From Chrysomallon squamiferum (taxonomy: Eukaryota; Animalia; Mollusca), in contig CM022677.1 in NCBI GenBank assembly GCA_012295275.1, forward strand, positions 23,374,001-23,438,000: a stretch of DNA of 64,000 nt, in the 5' to 3' direction. Numbering within the stretch: position 1 is the stretch's first letter; each line of letters starts with the position of its first letter. A program made the position numbers and the translations under genes. The notes beneath the pieces were generated by a model, which worked only from the letters and a program-made list of their open reading frames with translations, had not been told where the DNA came from and made no database searches. Below, piece after piece: positions 54,666 to 64,000 of the stretch.

Positions 54666-57038
54666 AAAACAAAATTATAAAAATAAAATTAAAATAACTG
54701 AAACATATTTAAGTAGCCAAAAAAAAATGTAGAAGAAACAAAAAAGAAACAAAACTAAACAATTTTTTAAAATGTGATAATGAAAGTAATAATTTATCGA
54801 GCTTATAGTTTAAGTGATTGAAATTAAAAATAGTTTTTTGAGATGTATAAAATGCTTTTTGGTAAAACCGTGTGTGAAGTAGAAAATAAACACAAATATA
54901 TAAACTTTACCTTCAGCAGATGAATATGGATCACTGGATGGTGAATGGTCTCCTTGGAGACAAACTGACTTAATACCTTGTAGTGTGACTTGTGGAATTG
55001 GAACTCATGCAATTCCATATGCAAGAAGATGTACTAATCCCCAGCCTACAGGTGGAGGAAGGAATTGTACAGGGCCGAGCAACAAAACTGTCATACAGAA
55101 GTGTTTTCGAACAGAATGCATTGGTATGATCAATATATTTATAATTTTTGTACATATGTGTATCTGCTTGGACATTCTCTATCTTAACCCAATAAATATG
55201 CATACAGCTATTCTTCATCCATTAATTACAATGCTTTTTTCATTATATAAATATATATAAACGAATATAAAAATGTTATGTTTTGTAATAATTTCAAAAT
55301 AATATTAAGAAATGATAATTTAATAATAAAAAAAGTAAATAAATATAAATAAAATAAAATAATATGTAACATGATATGTTCTTTTTGTATCACACTGGTA
55401 ACTTCTGAATCATTGCTCAGCTGGTGACAATCGTGTCATATTTGCTAGTTCTTGTTCAAATAGCACAGATCTTTGCATTTGAAAAAAGATGATGCTTTGT
55501 TGTTGAACTGACAGAGTAACCTAGTTTTGTCATGCAGCAGACTTTTATTCGAGCAACAAGTTTTTGATCAACTTAATATTGTTTTCAACTGATGTAAGTT
55601 TTAATATGAAAGCATCAAAAGATAAACTACCGTTCTGCAAATAAAACGCTCAAGTTTATATAGTACAGGCTTTTTAGGCGTGAGTGAATAAAATGTTTAT
55701 ACATCAGTCAGTTTTAGTGATACAGAATTGAGAATACTTTAAAATGTGACATGCTTTAACAAGTAAGAATCTGTGTCCACAGAGGGCTGTCAATTTATAG
55801 TGTTGGAAAACCAAAGCTGTTTTATGCCCTGTAGTGAATGGAATAAAATATATTTAATGATGTAAATATCAGTTTCTTCTCTAATCTGCAAAAAAGCGAT
55901 CAGATAAAACAATCCAAAATTTGTTCAGACCATCAAACTTATTTTTCAGTATTGCTGATTTTTAAAAAGGTTCACATAAAATATCTGTCAGTACAAGAGT
56001 GCAATCAAATTAGGTTAGTATGTGAACATGTCAGATAGAAGAACTGTATATTCAGCTCTCAAGAATAATTTATTCTTTAATCAGAATCATCTTTGCCAAT
56101 TATTTAGAAACATCTTTTAGAGGGTTTAGAACCAGAGTCTACTCAGATTTAGCATTTTCAGCATTTGGAAATTGTTAGCGATAACGAAACTCTAGATGCA
56201 GTAAACACATTATGAGAATACACTTTTATGAGAAGAAAAAAGTCTAAAATATATTTGGAAATATTTTTTGCCTACTATTAAAAGTAAATTATGATTTTTT
56301 TTTAGCTATCATTTCATTTTCAACATATTTTTTTAGAAATACAATTAAATGTATCAAATTTTGAAGCGGCTGAAACAAAGCTATTTTTGTTTTCATAGGA
56401 TTCGTTGAAATGATTATAAATTTATTCAAATATTACCACTTCTTGTTTGTTTTCAGCCAATGGTCAGTGGAATGAGTGGTTTGTTCACACTGTTAAAAAA
56501 TGTGATTTGAATAACTGTCAACAGGAAGTTATTCACCAAAGATTATGTACAAATCCTGCACCCAGTCCAAGTGGCTCACCTTGTGCTGGTGAAAGTCAGC
56601 GTGTCAATTATAAAGACTGCTGTGAGAGAAGTATGTTAAGTGTTGTGTTTTTGTAATGTCATTGAATTTTAATAAAATGTAGCATGTTTAGTATGATTTT
56701 ATGAAATTATTTTTTTCTTATTGTTAAAACATATTTATTGCTTTTGTTTTAAATAAGTTTATAAAATCTAAATGAAGTATTTTTCAAACTGAGAAGTAAA
56801 CAGAACAATTTACAGATTTATCTAACTAAAAAGTACAGTTATTGAACAAAACATGGGTCGTACATACAGTCAATTTTTAGACAAAGTTGGAAGAAGTAAT
56901 GTTATTGCAGTGCACATCTATTCTTTTTAAAGGAAATATATCCAGTTAAGAAATTTCAAATGTGTCCATATATTTCCTAATGATTCATTTTCTTATTAAT
57001 ACTCAGAAAAGACCCTGTATGCAACCATAGGATCTAAA

Positions 57039-57069
<31 letters not shown>

Positions 57070-57079
57070 TCACATACAT

Positions 57080-57110
<31 letters not shown>

Positions 57111-58363
57111 CACACACACACTTTTAGATCCTATGAATTCAGCACACTGGTCGTCGTGGAGTACACAATTCAGTGGTGAATGTGAACATGCTTGTGGAAG
57201 ATATGTTTATAATTCACGACAATGTAACGGGTCAAACAGCGTGTGTTATGGACATTTTGTCAAGTCTCGTTGGGAACCATGCAAAGAAGAATCTTGTGAG
57301 ATGGGTGAGCTGAGTTAGATCTCACACTCCCTGTCAAACTAATCTTAATCTGTCATGAATGTGGCCCTGTCTGTTAATCTGGTCTTGTGTTCTTGTTTGG
57401 TATTGTTATATTTCAGGGATTTGGGGATATGCAGTTATTAATACTCCTTACATTATAAGTTTTATCTTCTTTTTTAATTTGTTGTTTGTTGGTTAGTTTA
57501 TTTATCTATTACTCCTCTTTAAATAACTATTCTGAGTTGGAAAGAGGCGCCTAGTTGCAACTTGTAAACAAAAAAACATCTGATACAGAAAGTTTGTGGC
57601 ACTGCCTCATATTCCACCAATACTGTTTACGTTTTAAAAAACTAAACAGGTGTATGATAAATTAAACCATAGTTCGAACACATTTTATTTAGATTTGTTG
57701 ATTTGTTTTAGTGCTTGTTATTATGTAGTAATCTATTTTATATTCATAGCTTTATATCTATGATAAATTGTAAACTATTTTCTCACTTTAGAGACTGACA
57801 TATACAAGCCAAAAATAAATAATAATCTGTTACAAGGTTTCTTTAACTAATGATCTCTTTCACTCTGACTATTATTATTATTATTGTTATTGTTGTTTTT
57901 GTTGTTGTTGTTGTTGTTGTTGTTATTATTATTATTATTATTAATATATTTTCTAGTTAATGGTGCATGGAGTCGTTGGGAACTTAAAAGCCAAAGTCCA
58001 TGTACTGTCACTTGTGGATATGGATATAGAAATATTTATCTTCGAAGAGAATGCAATGATCCTGTACCTGTGGGACAAGGATTATCCTGTCAAGGAATGG
58101 ATGAACAAACATATAAAGAACTTTGTTTCAGGAACGTTCAATGTGGTAACATTTTTATTATTATTATTATTATTATTAAATTTATAATTATTATTATCAA
58201 ATTCTTCCTGTTTTCTTTACTTTTCATTATGCTATAGAATTTGGAAATTGATCTAACAGATGAAGTAAAGAAAGCCAAACATTAAAAGATCCATGATATA
58301 TAATAATAATAATAACAAAAAAATAAAGTCGAAAAAAGATTAAAGAAACAATTACTTGGCATC

Positions 58364-58444
<81 letters not shown>

Positions 58445-58572
58445 TACTGTTATTATTACTACCATCATCATGAAAAGTTATAACATATTTTGATTTCATT
58501 TTGATATAGTTTTCTTTTAATAAAACACAGAATATAGGAAATTGATCCAATAGAGGAAGAATACTACTGTGA

Positions 58573-58665
<93 letters not shown>

Positions 58666-58972
58666 TACTATTATTATTACTATCATCATCATCAAAAGTT
58701 ATAACATTTTGATTTCATTTTGATATGGTTTTCTTTTTATAAAACACAGAATATAGGAAAGTGATCCAGTAGAGGAAGAATAATATTGTGTGATAACAGG
58801 AAACATAAAATACTTTTAAAATGTTTACAAATCGACATTTTACATTAAAAAAAAATAAAAAAAATAACAAAGAGAAAAAAAAATATATATAATTAAATCA
58901 TTTTATGCATGTATTTTATGAAATTAAAGATACCTAATACCTGGTTTCTAAAATAATTTCATTTTAAGCTAG

Positions 58973-59006
<34 letters not shown>

Positions 59007-59233
59007 TATATATATATATATATATATAAAAAAAAAGAAAATACAGATAGTATTAATCGATAATTTTAATGATTATTCCTTGAGCGGATAACAGATGAAT
59101 TTTTCTTTTTAATTTTTCGTTTTTTGAAAAAGTGAGGTATTTTTATTAATAAATTAATTAATTAATTAAATTATTATTATTATTATGATTGTTATTGTTA
59201 TTGTTGCTGTTGTTGTTATTGTTATTATTATTA

Positions 59234-59281
<48 letters not shown>

Positions 59282-62200
59282 TTGCTGTTACAGTTACCAA
59301 TATAAAATGAAAGAAAACACTATTCGAAAATCAGTTTCTCCAGGAACTGAAACATATTTAGATCTGCCTTTCAATTAAAAGATTAAAAGTAGAAGAAAAT
59401 ATTATTTTTTTTTTTTGTGATAATGATGAAGTAATAATATAACTTGTTTTTTATGTGTATATTGTCATGTTTGTAGTTTAAATGGTTGAAATTAAAAACA
59501 TTTTTTGGAATGTTTGAAATGTTTTAAGGTAAAGCATTTAAAACTGTATATGAAGTAGAAAATAAACACAAATATGTAAACTTTATTTTTAGAATATGGA
59601 AATGGATCATTAGATGGTCAGTGGTCTCCATGGTATCAAACAGATTTAATAGTTTGTGATGCGACTTGTGGAACAGGAAATCATGTAATTCCTTATGGAA
59701 GAACATGTGATCGACCCCGACCTACCAATGGAGGAAGGAATTGCTCAGGGCCCAGCACCAAAACTGTCATACAGAAGTGTTATCGAAGAGAATGTACTGG
59801 TATGATTAGTACATGTTTATCTTAATCCGGTGTGTGTTTGTGTGTTTTTCCAACACCAAAATTCCTTAATGAAGAAATTGCCATAGACTCCTAACGTCTT
59901 GTCAAATTTCAAATATGAAGATGAGAAATGGCAATTCTGAATTTTACTCAGTTTTAGCCAGACAGAATTTATAATATATTTGAAATTTGACACAATTTTA
60001 GGAATCTCTAGCATTTTCTTCATGAATGGATTTGTAATTTGGAACTAAAAAAGTCAGTATGCGTAAAAATTAATCAATGAAAAATGAGTAGTTAATGATG
60101 TCAGTGTCAGTATCAACCACTCCTTCTCTGCATTATTAAACCAACCGAAGAAAACATTCCAAATTAACTCTTTATTCATTGATATTTACATTTGGTAGGA
60201 AAAAACAGTTTGAAATATGAAACTAAATTGATAACCCATCTTCCCTGGTATCACATTAACAATCTGTTTATATATGTTTAGTGGTGAAAGAACGTTATAG
60301 TCAAGTATCATAAATAGTTAAGAAATATATTTTAGTGGTTTAGTCAAATTTAACATTTTGTATTTTCAGGTTTTAAGATAATAAAGACACAGACACAAAT
60401 TAATTAATGCAGAAATTAATCAAGAAATATGTAATTAAAAATAATTAATTGTAGTAATGTATTCTAAACATTCTTCTTTCTTATAGAAAGTAATTACAGT
60501 ACTATATTAGAGAAAAAAATGATTAGGTAGCGGCAAATCCATTTGCCAATACACTCCATCATATGTATGCTTAAGATTTGGTTGAAATGATAATCAGTTT
60601 ATAATTTATTTTGAAGATATAAAGATTTTCACAGATTTCTATAATTAAAATAATGTAATATGCATTTCAGTGAATGGTGGCTGGAATGTATGGTTTATTG
60701 AGAGCGTTACACAATGTAATTCGACCTCATGTAAACAGGCAGTTACATACAAGAGATTGTGTACAAATCCTGCACCCAGTCCAAGTGGCTCACCTTGTCC
60801 TGGTGAAAGTCAGAGTGTTAATTACAGAGACTGCTGTGAGAAAAGTATGTTGAGAGTAATTTTGATTTTGTTGTGCATTTGAATTGTTGAATTTTTTACT
60901 ATTCTTGCAGTGAATGACTTCATGACTTTTTCTTTGTGTCAAATATTGAATATTCAGCGCTAATTTTTTTTTATTTGAAATACTCTTAAAGTTTTATCAT
61001 TTACGTTTGCAAAATATATTTTGGTAATAACGTAGTAGAAAACTAATGTAGTGTGTGTGTGTGTGTGTGTCATTCTAAATTTGTTTGCCATGATTATTTT
61101 TTACTTTTGTTGTCAGTCATTCTAAACTTGGCTGATAATTACATTCAGATTTATTGTCAGTATTTCTGATGATTCTTATCAATATTGTGTGTATATTCAC
61201 TTTTGGTTTCTTTTGATTTTTGTTCACAATACTTCAGAGGATAATGTTGATAAGGTTAATTTGTTTTGTAATTTTAAGTTTAAGGATTGTTTTTTTTTAA
61301 TTTGATCTAGATAACTGTGAATTTAATATCTTTGTAAATAATGTTTTAGCCTGAAAAAAATATGTTACAAGCAAGGATACATTAATGATTATTTCAATTT
61401 ATAATTCGTCTGCACTGTGTTAATGATCCAAAGAATACAACAAACATAAGGTGGTAATACCAGATCTCAACTGTCTATAATTCAGTCAGGATTTACATTT
61501 TCAATTAAAATTTTGAAAAAGTAAGGCATAGATGGTATATTTGCGAGAGACGAAGAATAGCTGAAATGAAAAAATGGAAGTGTGTCATTCATAAATATTT
61601 GAAAACATGTAAAGTGTCACTAGATTGGTACAAAAACAAGATTACTCTAAGGAAAATCGAAGTTCCGGAAAACTAAACCAGTATCTGTCTGTGAAGACTG
61701 AAATCAGTTAAGACTTGTAAGACTCCACCAGTGCAACTGAATTTAAGAATCAGTAGAAGACCAACAGACAACAGCCCCTTCATCTTAAGACTGAGAAATA
61801 ACTTGTTTATAGACCTCTTGTATGTCTCACTTGACTGATAGACACATCTGCTTCTTGGAGTCGGAGTCATTGGTCAGAGTTTAGGGTGTTTGGAGAGAAT
61901 AACAGTAAATTTACTCCTAAACAACGTGGTGTGAGATCACTAACAATATGGGGATGTGTTTCATATGGATTCAAACGGGATCTAGTGACTGTGCAAGGAA
62001 TGCTAAATGGGGACAAATGTCACATCTTTCATTATATGTCATAACATTTCCATAACCATTCCCTACGACACTGACATGAGAGAATGGAGGAAAAGGCTGA
62101 CCTCATAGCCAATGCCATGCTGAGATTGTTCACCAGGAAGCCATAGAGACTCTAGCATGGCAATTTTGCAGTCTGATCTCAACACCACTGAGTACCTCTT

Positions 62201-63565
62201 GGACTTAGGGCCAACAACAAATAAGGAGGAGTACAGTTCACACATTGACCAGTGGTCATGTGGTATACACGTTTCTGAGTTATTGATATCTGTGTATAAT
62301 AAGTATCTATATAAGTATCTATATCACTGGTCTACTTTTTATTCTACAATGTTTTGTACTGATGTCAAAATGTTCAGCCTTGTTTTCTCTGCACACAGAT
62401 AAGTTTTCAAAAACACACGTAACAGTCCTACATATTTTCTGTTGCTGACTCGTAATATTGGATAAACATTTTAGTTCAGTTATGCAGTTTCTATCTATGA
62501 AGCTTTCATGTCTTTCTAAATTTGAATAACTATGCAAAGATTGGTATTAGATTACCTTTTAATATATATATATATATTTTTATATATATATATATACCTG
62601 TCTGTATATCTATATATATTTCTGAAGTTGTGTTTGATAAATATCAAGTTATTCACTGTTATTTATGTTTAAGAAAATTACCAATAACACCTTTGTAAAG
62701 AACCTCAGAAACACTTACGCAGAAAACATCACAATTACTGAAAACAAATTGTAAAGTAATTAGGGAAAACAGATTGTTGGCAACAAACTGAACATTTCCG
62801 ACATCATATTCATAATTAAGATGCACCAATTATAATTTACTAATAATTATTAATTAGTACTGTTGATGATATTATTAATTGTTATAATAAAAATATAAAT
62901 ATATTAACCATGCTTCATGCTCGTAAAATCTGAAAATAAATCCTTAACCATTTGATTTGATTGTCAGATTATCAGATAGAAGATCATTATTTATTATCAT
63001 AAAGTGTCCATCACATACAAAAAAAAAGTCATGACTTGTCCAATTATATTGTTTTGTAGTTGATGGAGGTTGGAGTTCTTGGTTATATGAAGGGCGAGGA
63101 TCATGCAGTGCTACATGTGCTTCTAATAGTTTGGTTAAGGTTAAACAGATAAGGGAGTGTAATAAACCAGTACCACGATATGGAGGACATAATTGTACAG
63201 GCAACAGTACTAGATTTCTGATGGAGCCATGTCAAGTTCTTCAGCCTGCTGGTAACAGACTAACAAAAATATTTTATGTGACATCGTTCTATTTAAATGA
63301 GTTTTAGTATTAGTGCTTATTGATGCAGTGTTACTACAAAGGCACATACAATTGTCTGAATTCCTATGATTTTTTTTAACAAATAGAAGAAGCTAATAAC
63401 ATAGAGCAGATACAGTTAATTCATTCAGTTTCATTTTGAGAGAATATTATTCTGTAGTCTAATGAATACTGAGTAACATTTATTTCTATATATATTAAAA
63501 AGTAAAAGACAAAAATTATAATTATCATTAGAGAATTATTTTTATAGAAAGCAGTTTTTAAACTA

Positions 63566-63616
<51 letters not shown>

Positions 63617-64000
63617 ATATATATATATAAAAAAATGTAGAATTCTATGACAGCAGCAGCAAGTAACAGCTGATTTGACTGCAAAAAGTTGTTCAGTTGA
63701 AATAGAAAAATATCATGTTGCTGCAAACTGATCTCTGTCTCTCTCTCCCTCATACATACACACCACAGACACGTAGATAGACACACACGCACATAATATA
63801 GAAGAAAATATTTTAATTACAAAAATAAATTCTAAATAAATGTTTCTCTTACTTTTAATTAAGTTGATGGGGGTTGGAGTTCATGGACGAGAAGTGTGGG
63901 GTCATGTTCAGTGACTTGTGGGTCTGGTATACGAGAGATAACACAGACAAGGCAATGTAACAACCCAGCACCAGAAAATAGAGGAGAAGACTGTGAAGGT
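42322..64000 (+). CDS. Gene 3 (5' part): signal peptide + at least 19 TSR exons; continues beyond the window
   Basis: Exon order SP,A,B,C,G-like,J,K,L,L,M,J,K,L,M,J,K,L,M,N,O; all phase 1-1 with AG/GT. Confidence 0.82.
43072..43245 (+). CDS. TSR exon class A, gene 3
   Basis: Differs from 20782-20955 at 2 nt. Confidence 0.9.
44811..44981 (+). CDS. TSR exon class B, gene 3
   Basis: attag|xGGWSSWTRDEKTCSVTCGPGTRIVVKTRQCNNTEGRNCEGGTTQNITESCETVACP|gtaaga. Confidence 0.88.
45271..45462 (+). CDS. TSR exon class C (variable), gene 3
   Basis: VDGGWSSWIQTEGECSVTCGLGNKNMERVKKCNNPAPQNGGKPCPPTKGDYVGWNIQCREGPCP|gtaaga. Confidence 0.9.
45751..45942 (+). CDS. TSR exon, F/G-related, gene 3
   Basis: VDGGWTSWEVGHTVCSVTCGKGIQQTVYERQCTNPEPQHGGNDCPGESMKTTNVSSSCWKGHCP|gtaata. 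Confidence 0.9.
46872..46928 (+). pseudogene. 3' fragment of a class C TSR exon
   Basis: ...NRSSVERNIPCREGPCP|gtaagaaataaa followed by the class C downstream intron; the 5' part is missing. Confidence 0.7.
47151..47312 (+). CDS. Atypical short TSR exon class J (unit 1)
   Basis: ttttcag|VIWTSWQTGFNGECVHACQRDVYDIRNCSGENQYCYGFFVKSHVGQCKEDACEM|gtaagt. Confidence 0.88.
47789..47977 (+). CDS. TSR exon class K (unit 1)
   Basis: VHGGWGYWEIISSDHCSVTCGYGYRYVDIRRQCNDPAPVGQGLKCQGIKTRGYRRACFVNVSC|gtaata. Confidence 0.88.
48519..48725 (+). CDS. TSR exon class L (unit 1)
   Basis: EHGNGSLDGWWSPWRQTDLIPCGATCGTGTHAVPYARTCTRPAPINGGRNCQGISNKTVMQKCFRRECI|gtcagt. Confidence 0.88.
49591..49797 (+). CDS. TSR exon class L, recent duplicate
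   Basis: Same as 48519-48725 except N>H and R>Q. Confidence 0.85.
51673..51843 (+). CDS. Atypical TSR exon class M (unit 1)
   Basis: VNGGWDSWFVHTVTKCDLNCQQKVFYQRVCTKPAPSPSGSPCQGDSQRVGYRDCCER|gtgtgt. Confidence 0.85.
52459..52635 (+). CDS. TSR exon class J (unit 2)
   Basis: xPCNRAHWTTWSADFSSVCVHECERYVYNSRQCVGDKRYCYGVFIKSRYERCKQDSCEM|gtaagt. Confidence 0.88.
53658..53836 (+). pseudogene. Class K pseudoexon
   Basis: tttgaag|..YGGWG.. with a frameshift, TGA at Cys2 and lost cysteines; lies immediately upstream of the intact K at 53931. Confidence 0.75.
53931..54119 (+). CDS. TSR exon class K (unit 2)
   Basis: VPGGWSRWEYISQSPCSVTCGYGYRNIYLRRECNDPVPAGQGLTCQGIPEQRFKRRCFSNIHC|gtaaaa. Confidence 0.88.
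54917..55123 (+). CDS. TSR exon class L (unit 2)
   Basis: CAGCAG tandem acceptor; ADEYGSLDGEWSPWRQTDLIPCSVTCGIGTHAIPYARRCTNPQPTGGGRNCTGPSNKTVIQKCFRTECI|gtatga. Confidence 0.88.
56457..56630 (+). CDS. TSR exon class M (unit 2)
   Basis: ANGQWNEWFVHTVKKCDLNNCQQEVIHQRLCTNPAPSPSGSPCAGESQRVNYKDCCER|gtatgt. Confidence 0.88.
57128..57304 (+). CDS. TSR exon class J (unit 3)
   Basis: xPMNSAHWSSWSTQFSGECEHACGRYVYNSRQCNGSNSVCYGHFVKSRWEPCKEESCEM|gtgagc. Confidence 0.88.
57957..58145 (+). CDS. TSR exon class K (unit 3)
   Basis: VNGAWSRWELKSQSPCTVTCGYGYRNIYLRRECNDPVPVGQGLSCQGMDEQTYKELCFRNVQC|gtaaca. Confidence 0.88.
58363..58792. repeat. Tandem duplication of a (TAA)n + ~130-bp unit
   Basis: The unit taattact..aaagttataaca..aaaacacagaatataggaaa..tagaggaagaata occurs twice, each time preceded by a long TAA run. 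Confidence 0.8.
59593..59799 (+). CDS. TSR exon class L (unit 3)
   Basis: EYGNGSLDGQWSPWYQTDLIVCDATCGTGNHVIPYGRTCDRPRPTNGGRNCSGPSTKTVIQKCYRRECT|gtatga. Confidence 0.88.
60671..60844 (+). CDS. TSR exon class M (unit 3)
   Basis: VNGGWNVWFIESVTQCNSTSCKQAVTYKRLCTNPAPSPSGSPCPGESQSVNYRDCCEK|gtatgt. Confidence 0.88.
61540..62280 (+). mobile_element. Decayed Tc1-like transposase fragment
   Basis: Frameshifted remnants WGCVSYGFKRDLVTVQGMLNG, PCHAEIV and SDLNTTEYLLDLG correspond to Tc1 VWGC..G.LN, ARPH and SPDLNPIE..W motifs. Boundaries are approximate. Confidence 0.72.
63060..63251 (+). CDS. TSR exon class N (five Cys)
   Basis: ttgtag|VDGGWSSWLYEGRGSCSATCASNSLVKVKQIRECNKPVPRYGGHNCTGNSTRFLMEPCQVLQPA|gtaaca. 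Confidence 0.82.
63864..64000 (+). CDS. TSR exon class O (truncated by the window end)
   Basis: ttaag|VDGGWSSWTRSVGSCSVTCGSGIREITQTRQCNNPAPENRGEDCEG... Confidence 0.88.

Overview
AT-rich, microsatellite-dense animal (invertebrate, possibly molluscan; inference only) genomic DNA. Most of the window is a tandem cluster of three paralogous + strand genes. Each encodes a single-pass type-I membrane protein whose ectodomain is built only from thrombospondin type-1 repeats (TSR), one per phase-1/phase-1 exon. Gene 1 is present only as its 3' end and stops at 10598. Gene 2 is complete at 20307-32747: signal peptide, 10 intact TSR exons, several dead or stop-containing TSR exons, an 18-nt microexon, a TM exon and a short tail. 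Gene 3 starts at 42322 and runs off the window with at least 19 TSR exons, including a 4-exon higher-order repeat present three times. A ~22-kb segmental duplication copies the 3' end, the intergenic region and the 5' end. The intergenic region holds a foldback-like repeat, a decayed - strand cbEGF gene and a CRE/YY1-like promoter. The most striking signal is that some TSR exon classes are far more divergent than their near-identical flanking introns while neighbouring exon classes are almost invariant. This is the pattern of a diversifying cell-surface recognition receptor array. LINE (RT/RNase H), Tigger and Tc1 remnants sit in introns. All exon calls were read by eye from splice sites and translation; no database search was possible.
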